Below are positions 48,601 through 54,902 of a stretch of DNA of 54,902 bases, in pieces (position 1 is the first letter of the stretch; each line of letters begins with the position of its first letter). The notes beneath the pieces were generated by a model. That model worked only from the letters and a program-made list of their open reading frames with translations, ran no database searches and had not been told where the DNA came from. Both the position numbers and the translations under genes were made by a program. Source of the stretch: Ferruginibacter sp. GTDB taxonomy: Bacteria > Bacteroidota > Bacteroidia > Chitinophagales > Chitinophagaceae. The stretch spans positions 1 to 54,902 of the forward strand of contig JBDSDG010000289.1 in NCBI GenBank assembly GCA_039920685.1. The letters are read 5' to 3'.

Positions 48601-49053
48601 TATTTTAATACAGCCAACCAGCCTGACAATGACCAGGATTATGCATTTCAAAGTCTTGCTGTAAATATGAGAGGCTACATACAGAATGTTGCAAATGGAA
48701 ATAACTCGGTTGTCATTAACAGTGAATTGAGGTTGCCGGTTATGTCAACTTTCTTCGACAGGACCGTGAACAATGCATTTCTGCGAAACTTCCAGCTGAT
48801 CCAGTTCATAGATCTTGGCAGCGCATGGAATGGCGGATATGATAAATTAAAACGGCCTACAGTTTCTTACCATACAGATAATGTAACCGTGAAAACCAAG
48901 GCTGGCGGAGTAGGGCCTTTTGCCGGTGGATACGGATTTGGTGCACGAAGCACATTGCTTGGATATTTCCTGAAGTATGATGTTGGTTGGCCAATGAGTG
49001 GATTTTTTAAGGGAAGGCCTGTCATGTATCTGGCTTTGGGTTTAGACTTCTAA
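45622..49053 (+). CDS. Large outer membrane protein: degenerate peptidase-like N-domain, TolB/PD40 propeller, Omp85-like barrel
   Basis: Signal peptide, FGKNRVQF, LPQWLTDG, WDPKG / TDIY / QITND..DDLDP propeller repeats, NMRGY, NSELRLP, FIDLGSAW, terminal LGLDF. Confidence 0.72.
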   Translation: MAKFSRIILIILVIFSGFLANAQVNSVTFGKNRVQFKKFKWQFYQTRNFNVFFNQNGQELAKFVAQSAEKELPDLEATAEYSLQRRANIILYNEFADMQQTNIGLESDLLTTGGTTRLVNNKMVIYFDANHANLRRQIRQGIADVITKNVLFGDDIGEVAGNQTLLDLPQWLTDGYVAYLGENWSTELDDELKSEILSGNYSRFSSFSYAKPLLAGHAFWFFIEEKYKKENVTYFLYLARVYKNLNKASVQITKKKFKELLTEFMEYQEDKYYKDITRRKAYPKGSYIEGFDISKRLNYYRFNVNPNKRNNSYVVTQFKKGIVRVILNEDYENKTLLKYGIRTYQNQVNPNYPLMAWDPKGTRVSVVYVQEGRLKLFVYDIITRIKQYKIDLTADFDQVQDIKYMLDSRTLLISAVKNGHTDIYTYNIEKEKAQQITNDVFDDLDPSFVSFPNKTGIIYSSNRPSAEAKTADTILPSDNRYNIFLITDFGDKPELNQISQLSNLKYGNARFPTQYNVNHFTFVSDENGVGNRYAGFFTTEKAGLDTLVLIGDDILRNPSVKDIDSALRAYNKTDVDSIAVVSVSQDSAYTFPLSNYQSTLGETRIAGENNQVSEVTRQSDEKVLYKLKIDENTLRQRNISVPPTEYMKKLMRESRLTKVNNSNVNPTDTIKRQEDFFQNDIDLQKKDSSSVTIAEPTATESVEVSESVLRSAKLFRYRPLKFSGDFGSVGFNNAVLINRYQAYAGGSGPIMLNSGTPLNGLISLGTSDLLEDIKILGAFKISTNLKDNEWYVSYQNYKRRIDWGLSYYRNTQSVDILPTDVSGNPIHPFASPGKVFTNLYQVNVAYPFDATKSVRLSTGLRSDNVVISNDPNFPNEIFENNQKKYSVTHFEYVYDNSLNPNMNIWNGLRYKAFFDWNRQLTGPKREGPTTFNFGFDARYYYPIHRDFIWAVRAAGDFSWGNQKFIYYLGGVDGWLMFGSNEKRDNNQNLVRERYFNTANQPDNDQDYAFQSLAVNMRGYIQNVANGNNSVVINSELRLPVMSTFFDRTVNNAFLRNFQLIQFIDLGSAWNGGYDKLKRPTVSYHTDNVTVKTKAGGVGPFAGGYGFGARSTLLGYFLKYDVGWPMSGFFKGRPVMYLALGLDF

Positions 49054-49059
49054 TTTTTA

Positions 49060-49091
49060 CCGGGAAGGTTTACGCCTTCCCGGCCTTTTTT
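49060..49091 (+). terminator. Intrinsic terminator between convergent genes
   Basis: CCGGGAAGGT-TTAC-GCCTTCCCGG then CC and T6. Confidence 0.82.
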
Positions 49092-49096
49092 CCCTT

Positions 49097-49738
49097 TTAC
49101 TTTTTGTCAGCAAATGCTACCGGCAGTACTTTTATAAAAAAATATAAAAGCGAATACAATGCTGTTAAGATGATGATGATAGCCCACGTTTTAATATTAT
49201 CAACCGGTGAGATAATATAACCTGCAATATCTAATGCGAGTGAGAAGGGAGCATGTAAAATATCCCAGCTGTTCCATCTTTGAAATCTACCTAAATAAAC
49301 TCCAAATGATCCGAGGAAAATAAAAACCGGGATCAAATAGTTTACTGTTCTTTTTTTAAAAATGCCTGCTAACATAAATTCCAGTTTCCTCAGGGAAACG
49401 AATGCCATCATTAGGCCAACGAAAGATGATGCAAAAATTAAGATCGCATCAAACCAAAGTGGAACATTGGTACTTTCATCCAGGTGAATAAGGTCTGTGA
49501 CTATATACAAGGCATTCGGGAAAAAGAGCATCCATGTAAAAAATAAGATCAGCTGTTTCCACTTTGCCTTATTGATATAATCAACAAAAAAACAGCTGAG
49601 CACATATGGGATCCAACCCAGGAATATATTCCAGCTCATAAAAATATACCGGATACTGCCGGAGTAAATTATCCTTGCAGCAATTAAAGCTGCAATAAAC
49701 ATAAAAAAAATGGCCAGGAGCCTGTTAAATGATCTCAT
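49097..49738 (-). CDS. DUF1361 family membrane protein
   Basis: WNIFLGWIPY, WMLFFPNALYIVTDLIH, GVYLGRFQRWNSWD. Confidence 0.9.
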   Translation of the reverse strand: MRSFNRLLAIFFMFIAALIAARIIYSGSIRYIFMSWNIFLGWIPYVLSCFFVDYINKAKWKQLILFFTWMLFFPNALYIVTDLIHLDESTNVPLWFDAILIFASSFVGLMMAFVSLRKLEFMLAGIFKKRTVNYLIPVFIFLGSFGVYLGRFQRWNSWDILHAPFSLALDIAGYIISPVDNIKTWAIIIILTALYSLLYFFIKVLPVAFADKK

Positions 49739-49743
49739 GCTAA

Positions 49744-50109
49744 TCAGGTTGTTTGAATGAATGATAATATTTTCGGAAAAAAAATTATGGAGCCGGTCAA
49801 AAATGCACCAAAGGCGCTCACCAGGACAGCGCCCGCCGCAATGTCCTTAGTTGCTTTTATACCGGGATGTTCTTCTTTATGAACAACGTTGCATAGTTGT
49901 TCGATCGCCGTGTTGATCATTTCCATGGATAATACGAATACAATACATCCTATAATGATGACCCATTCTATATTACTAATGTTGAATATGGCACCCATTA
50001 TTATTGCGATAACACTGACCAAAATATGGATCTTGAAATTTGCCTCTTTAAAAATGCATAGCCATATCCCATTGAAGGCATATACAAATGACCTGGTTAA
50101 TCTTGCCAT
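49744..50109 (-). CDS. dgkA: Diacylglycerol/undecaprenol kinase family protein
   Basis: SFVYAFNG, EANFKIH, EMINTAIE, KDIAAGAVL. Confidence 0.92.
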   Translation of the reverse strand: MARLTRSFVYAFNGIWLCIFKEANFKIHILVSVIAIIMGAIFNISNIEWVIIIGCIVFVLSMEMINTAIEQLCNVVHKEEHPGIKATKDIAAGAVLVSAFGAFLTGSIIFFPKILSFIQTT

Positions 50110-50125
50110 AAACTTATTTAAACTG

Positions 50126-50695
50126 TTAACTAATTTTCAATCTTTTTTTACGGTTACTAAAATTATGAAGAAGCCATGTAGTAAGGATAATGCTAACACA
50201 TATGATCCATGCAATTAAAACCATCGAACGCATATTCGCTGTTCTATTTTCAACTTCCCGCATGGAGCGGCCAACGGCCACAAAACCTATTGGTAAAGCA
50301 TTCGATTTTTCAATCACCATCGCAATTCTTACCCCTTTCTTCGGCTGCCATGAAACATCATGTTCATCGTTTGACCTGGCAGTTTCAAATACACCAAGGG
50401 GCAATTGAGGCAATTTACCTGCCAACACTCCATTAGACAAAAGAGCCCTTCCACTAAGATCATAAAGCACAATGAATGGCGAAAGACTTTTTGCTGCATC
50501 AATGGTATCATCACCAAGCAATGAATGGGCAGACTGGCCCTGACTGAGTTTAAAGCTAATGTCCCTTGCGATTTGGATTTGAGGATCGTTTAGCCCTGTA
50601 CGATAGCTTTGCTGCATAACTGTATACAATAATAGCATCACTACTGATACAATTATTAGAGCTGCCAGGTAATTTAGGACTGATGAAGTTTTCAT
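50126..50695 (-). CDS. Two-TM membrane protein with a periplasmic PAS/Cache-like domain
   Basis: TM, about 125-aa soluble segment (IVLYDLSGR, VSWQP, GFVAVGRS), TM, short basic tail. Confidence 0.72.
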   Translation of the reverse strand: MKTSSVLNYLAALIIVSVVMLLLYTVMQQSYRTGLNDPQIQIARDISFKLSQGQSAHSLLGDDTIDAAKSLSPFIVLYDLSGRALLSNGVLAGKLPQLPLGVFETARSNDEHDVSWQPKKGVRIAMVIEKSNALPIGFVAVGRSMREVENRTANMRSMVLIAWIICVSIILTTWLLHNFSNRKKRLKIS

Positions 50696-50709
50696 GATAT
50701 TTTTTTTAT

Positions 50710-52554
50710 TTATTGAACGCTTAGTGAAATTGAATTGCTACCATACCAATTGATCTTTCTACTCACATACATAACAATAGCCAATACCATAAATAACCCT
50801 ATGCTTCCTACGATCAATGCTGTATCCTCCAGCCTTATCAAAATAAATATGAAGCCGTAAAGGCAACTGAGTACCGCAGCAAATACACCTGCAGTCTGCC
50901 AACTTTTAAAATGGCCCTTTGCATAGAATGTAATCAGTAATATGGTTGCTGAAGCTGCAATTAAATATGCCTGGTCAAACACCAGGTATTCACTGAAGGA
51001 TAATAAAAGCGTAAAAAAGATCACCAATGCGAGGCCAACCAATACATATTGAACAGGATGAAACGGTATTTTCTGCATTATCTCCACAATAAAAAATAAA
51101 GCGAATGTTAAACCGATGAACAGTATGGCATATTTTACGCTCCTCATGGTTTTATCGTATTGATCAGCGGGCTGAGCCATACTTATTCCAAATGCAAGGC
51201 TTGACCTGTTGAAGGATCCGGCCTTTATAACAGTTCCAAATGGAAGATTGGCCTGGTTAAAATTCCATTTTGCCGAAAATCCTTTTTCGTTTACGGTCCG
51301 GTCATTAGGTAACACATTTCCATCAAACGAAGGATTTGGCCATACAGAATTTATTGCGAAACTGCTATTGGCACTTAAAGGCAGGAAATGCAGTTTTTCA
51401 CTGCCTTTTAATTTCACCTGCATGTCGAATGCAAAACCTGCCTTGATCAATTCCATGCTTAAACTTACCGGAACAGATAAACCTGTGTTGTCATTTTCAG
51501 TTATTGGTAATCCGGGTGCAAGCAAAAGCTTTTGTCCATTGAAGTTGATGTATATCTCTTCTTCAATTCCTTTAAAGTCTGATAAGCTGAAGCAAACCTT
51601 TGCGTTGGTAAGATCTACGTTTACTATATTTATATCCGCAGGCCAGGTAGGCTTAAATGTGCCTTTGAAATTTAAATGGCTCTTATATAGTAGTACTTTG
51701 TAAATAGAACGCGGCCTGTTTTCAGGAAACATGTTTCCCGTCACTTCCAGGTGGGCAGGCAATAGGATAAGCTGCTTTTTTATGACCACCGGTTTGCCTT
51801 CACTATTCACGCCATCTTCAGCATAAGGCACAACAATAAAAGGCCCTGATACGGTTTGTGAAGTTGCCCATTTGCTACTAACTTCTTTTACTACTTCCTT
51901 TTGACGGGCCTCTCTTTCGACGATCAGGTTATTGATGAAAATGGTGGGGATCAGCATAAGCAGGATCAATCCCCCGGTAACTAGTCCTTTGATCAATAAC
52001 TTATTGGATTGTGTTTGTTGGCCAGGTTGGTCAACGGCGCTAAAATTTTCCATTGTTGAATTGTTTTTGTGTATTTGAAATATTGAGAGTGCAACTGCAT
52101 TAAAAGATGGATCTGAATTATTTCCGGAAAAATAAATTGCTATTATCCTTATCAAAATCAATGATGCTATAAAAGCTGCAGAAAAAAGCATTAAGAAAAC
52201 TACAGCAGCAGTAAAAATAGATCGGTACCATGTATCGTGACTTACCTCCAGAACATTCATATCCAGTGACGCGGCACACAGTCCATAACAGAATGTAACA
52301 AATGCCTGTGCAATTAGTAGCCTGGATATTTTTTTCTGAAAACCAGCATTGATCTTATTGATCCCAGGTATCACGATCACCAGGAAAATGAAAGCAGGAA
52401 GGCTTAAAGAAGTTGTGATGGCCCAGGCAAATAAAAATTCAGTGGGATTCATTGAACTGGTATAGCCAAGGTAACAACATAATCCGGTCGCAAATAATGT
52501 GGCCGTGAATATCCACAATCTTAATGCAATTCCATATGATGTATATCCACTCAT
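50710..52554 (-). CDS. creD: Inner membrane protein CreD with an in-frame 167-aa hydrophobic N-terminal extension
   Basis: LIPxIFIxxLIxERExR, RSIYKV, WPNPSFDG..LP, RSVKYAILFI, HPVQYVLVGLAL, LLLSFSEY, EDTALIVGS; ATG 52554 preferred over TTG 52575, alternative start at 52053. Confidence 0.88.
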   Translation of the reverse strand: MSGYTSYGIALRLWIFTATLFATGLCCYLGYTSSMNPTEFLFAWAITTSLSLPAFIFLVIVIPGINKINAGFQKKISRLLIAQAFVTFCYGLCAASLDMNVLEVSHDTWYRSIFTAAVVFLMLFSAAFIASLILIRIIAIYFSGNNSDPSFNAVALSIFQIHKNNSTMENFSAVDQPGQQTQSNKLLIKGLVTGGLILLMLIPTIFINNLIVEREARQKEVVKEVSSKWATSQTVSGPFIVVPYAEDGVNSEGKPVVIKKQLILLPAHLEVTGNMFPENRPRSIYKVLLYKSHLNFKGTFKPTWPADINIVNVDLTNAKVCFSLSDFKGIEEEIYINFNGQKLLLAPGLPITENDNTGLSVPVSLSMELIKAGFAFDMQVKLKGSEKLHFLPLSANSSFAINSVWPNPSFDGNVLPNDRTVNEKGFSAKWNFNQANLPFGTVIKAGSFNRSSLAFGISMAQPADQYDKTMRSVKYAILFIGLTFALFFIVEIMQKIPFHPVQYVLVGLALVIFFTLLLSFSEYLVFDQAYLIAASATILLITFYAKGHFKSWQTAGVFAAVLSCLYGFIFILIRLEDTALIVGSIGLFMVLAIVMYVSRKINWYGSNSISLSVQ

Positions 52555-52561
52555 TAAAAGT

Positions 52562-52578
52562 ACTTTGTTTTTCAAAGT
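52562..52578. promoter_or_regulatory. Palindromic operator-like site, copy 2
   Basis: ACTTTG-TTTTT-CAAAGT, 7 bp upstream of ATG 52554. Confidence 0.7.
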
Positions 52579-52595
52579 GTAAACACAAAAAAAAA

Positions 52596-52895
52596 TTATT
52601 TATTCATCCGGATCATTTTTTCCAATGCTTCTATGTGTGATTTAAAAGCTTTCTCCCCTGCTTTGGTAACTGAATAGGTGGTGTTGGTTTTCCTTCCAAT
52701 AAAACCTTTATGTACCTTAACCGCTCCATTTTCTTCCAATGCCTTGATATGGCTGGCCAGGTTGCCATCAGTAATGTTGAGAAGCTCTTTTAATTCATTG
52801 AAATTTACTTCCTCGTTCACCATCAGTGCGCTCATGATACCCAGGCGGATGCGACTATCAAAGATCTTATTTAAATTTTCTATTGGGTTATTCAT
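52596..52895 (-). CDS. Winged-helix transcriptional regulator (HTH_34, ArsR/MarR-like)
   Basis: FDSRIRLGIMS, FNELKELL, TDGNLASH, KGFIGRKTNTTY, TKAGEKAF. Confidence 0.92.
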   Translation of the reverse strand: MNNPIENLNKIFDSRIRLGIMSALMVNEEVNFNELKELLNITDGNLASHIKALEENGAVKVHKGFIGRKTNTTYSVTKAGEKAFKSHIEALEKMIRMNK

Positions 52896-52924
52896 TCCTC
52901 CACTCTGCCTGCAGGCAGAAATTT

Positions 52925-53587
52925 TTAGTTAGTCAATTCCTGGCTTGTCCTTTCATGTCTATACCACATTAAAATTCCGTATAGGATATGCAACACTCCA
53001 AACCCGAGTGCCCAAAAATATAATCCATATCCGGGCATCCAGCAACTGATTATTCCCAAAAGAATCTGGAAGTAACCAAGATACTTTACCTCTCCGAAGG
53101 TATATTTACTGGCATTGACCAAAGCGAGCCCATAGAATATTAAAGAACCTGGAGCGATCAAACCATAGTTTGCTACCTGGATCTCACGAAGTAAATAGAA
53201 TCCCCCAGCGATCATGGGTACGGCAACAGCTATAAGCAATCGCTTTGAAGTACTTCCCCAGATCGCTACTCCATGTTTTTTACTTCGCAAATAAGTAAAT
53301 AAAAAAGCCAGTAAAAACGCAGCTATAAAAGTATAGATCGCAATGTTGAAAAGCTTATTTCCCATAAACTCATGGATCGTAAGCTCATCATAGTTTCGGT
53401 TATACACCCGGCCCTCACTTGTGCCATCGCTGCGATGAATAACGTCATAGGCGAAATAAGCACCAGTTAATGCACACAGTCCGGCCATAACCCCACTCAA
53501 GCCACTCAGGCTTATGAAACGACTGCTGCGTTCCATCATTTGTTTAATGTGTTGAAGTTCTTGCAGTGATTGATGTTGCTCACTCAT
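52925..53587 (-). CDS. Multi-pass membrane protein of unknown function
   Basis: IKQMMERSSRFISLSGLSG N-terminus, about six TM segments, FGVLHILYG; first gene of the wHTH-creD run. Confidence 0.85.
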   Translation of the reverse strand: MSEQHQSLQELQHIKQMMERSSRFISLSGLSGVMAGLCALTGAYFAYDVIHRSDGTSEGRVYNRNYDELTIHEFMGNKLFNIAIYTFIAAFLLAFLFTYLRSKKHGVAIWGSTSKRLLIAVAVPMIAGGFYLLREIQVANYGLIAPGSLIFYGLALVNASKYTFGEVKYLGYFQILLGIISCWMPGYGLYFWALGFGVLHILYGILMWYRHERTSQELTN

Positions 53588-53593
53588 AAAAGT

Positions 53594-53610
53594 ACTTTGA
53601 AATACAAAGT
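53594..53610. promoter_or_regulatory. Palindromic operator-like site, copy 1, overlapping the probable promoter
   Basis: ACTTTG-AAATA-CAAAGT, 6 bp upstream of ATG 53587; the minus strand reads TTG-N20-TTACTTTG across its right half. Confidence 0.72.
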
Positions 53611-53723
53611 AAATGCATTGTTTTCATACTAACAAGCAAACGGCATACTTTTTTATGTATTATCCAAGCCTGCACTTTTAGTCACTATCTATTTTTAATA
53701 TTACATTTAAGCACCGAATTATT

Positions 53724-54902
53724 ATGATACGCATATTTATATCCATAGTCCTGATATTGTTATGTAAGGACGGTAATACTCAAAAGATCGACCCTGCTGC
53801 AATTGATATAGTCCGTGATAGCTTTGGTGTGCCACACATTTTTGCTGAAAGCGACCCTGAAGTTGCATACGGACTTGCGTACGCTCACGCTGAAGACGAT
53901 TTTAAAACAATACAACTCGGGTTTCTTTCCGGCAAGTCGATGCTCGGTTATTATAAAGGAAAAAAAGGTGCAACCATTGACTATATAGCATACCTGCTGC
54001 GCTGCCAGCAAACTGCCAATGAAAAATATGATACAGATATATCTGCTGATTACAAAAAAGTACTGCAGGGATATTGTGACGGCTTCAATGCATATGCAAG
54101 AAGTTACCCGGAAGAGGTATTGGTGAAAAAACTGTTGCCTCTTACACCGCAGGATATGATAGCTTACTCCATTCTGCAGCTGGCAGTATCAAGTGGCACT
54201 GACTGGGCGCTTACGCAGATCTATAGTGGCCGCATACCATTGTTGAATGATTACAAACCCGGTGGCAGTAATGCATATGCATTCAATTCAAAAAAAACAC
54301 TTGATGGAAATACTTATTTAAATATCAATGCTCACCAGCCTTTAGACGGTCCCGTTAGCTGGTATGAAGCGCATCTTCACAGCAACCAGGGATGGAATAT
54401 CATCGGCGCACTATTCCCTTGTGCTCCCGGTATTTTACTGGGATGTAATGAGAACCTTGCATGGGCGCATACGGTTAACTATCCTGATAAATTGGATGTA
54501 TACCAACTTGACATCGATCCGGCTAATAAATTAAGATACAGGTTTGACAATGAATGGCTAACGATGGAAGAAAAAGTAGTCAGGCTTCATGTTAAGATCC
54601 TCGGCATGCCGATAACGGTAAAGCGAAAAGTATACTGGAGCAAATATGGACCGGCTGTTATCACTTTAAAAGGAACCTTTGCAATAAGGACCGCTGCATT
54701 TTTTGAGATACGTGCGCTGGAAGAATGGTACAGGATGAATAAGGCAACTAATTTCACCAGTTTTTACAATGCACTAAACATGGGATCCTTACCAGGTTAT
54801 AATGTTATGTACGCTGATCGTTTTGACACTATTTTTTACATGAGCAACGGTAAGCTTCCTATCAGGGAGAAAGGTTATAGTTGGCGAAGTACCGTTCCCG
54901 GG
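53724..54902 (+). CDS. Penicillin acylase (S45 Ntn-hydrolase) family protein, 3'-truncated by the window edge
   Basis: Manual translation MIRIFISIVLILL...IVRDSFGVPHIFA...GLAYAHAEDDF; in-frame G-SNAYA nucleophile site at 54267, NAHQP, WYEAHL, WAHTVN. Not in the ORF track. Confidence 0.92.
   Translation, partial: MIRIFISIVLILLCKDGNTQKIDPAAIDIVRDSFGVPHIFAESDPEVAYGLAYAHAEDDFKTIQLGFLSGKSMLGYYKGKKGATIDYIAYLLRCQQTANEKYDTDISADYKKVLQGYCDGFNAYARSYPEEVLVKKLLPLTPQDMIAYSILQLAVSSGTDWALTQIYSGRIPLLNDYKPGGSNAYAFNSKKTLDGNTYLNINAHQPLDGPVSWYEAHLHSNQGWNIIGALFPCAPGILLGCNENLAWAHTVNYPDKLDVYQLDIDPANKLRYRFDNEWLTMEEKVVRLHVKILGMPITVKRKVYWSKYGPAVITLKGTFAIRTAAFFEIRALEEWYRMNKATNFTSFYNALNMGSLPGYNVMYADRFDTIFYMSNGKLPIREKGYSWRSTVPG

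Noticed and set aside
1-54902. Mobile elements, prophage, tRNA/rRNA, defence systems
   Set aside because: No transposase, integrase, phage, nuclease-defence or structural RNA signatures seen by eye; a covariance-model scan was not possible.

Overview
Chromosomal window from an AT-rich Bacteroidota genome, most likely Chitinophagaceae (gldF/gldG, fused murF-alr, ISC-type Fe-S genes, TAnnTTTG -7 promoters, no Shine-Dalgarno sites). Positions 1-18.8 kb hold part of a flexirubin/aryl-polyene pigment cluster: aromatic ammonia-lyase, FabG, a ketosynthase running off the left edge, aryl-CoA ligase, AcpS, C45 acyltransferase, FAD oxidoreductase, an MMPL-acyltransferase-methyltransferase fusion and GT2-DUF2062. 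Its two halves appear swapped relative to the order I recall from Flavobacterium/Chitinophaga, and the junction carries a flavin-dependent halogenase-like gene, a PlsC-like gene and three secreted proteins of unknown function. The rest is mostly housekeeping (tatD, gltX, fumC, lspA, murF-alr, terC, gldFG, iscSUA, mce) plus surface lipoproteins, an M43 protease, a WD40/Omp85-type outer membrane protein, a winged-helix/creD/dgkA/DUF1361 envelope operon with a duplicated palindromic operator (ACTTTG-N5-CAAAGT), and a truncated penicillin-acylase-family gene. Non-coding signals include 7-mer and 9-mer periodic repeats inside operon gaps and two promoter-to-hairpin units without a conventional gene (candidate sRNAs or a leaderless peptide). 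I saw no rRNA, tRNA, CRISPR array or transposase. All calls come from reading motifs by eye; no database search was run.
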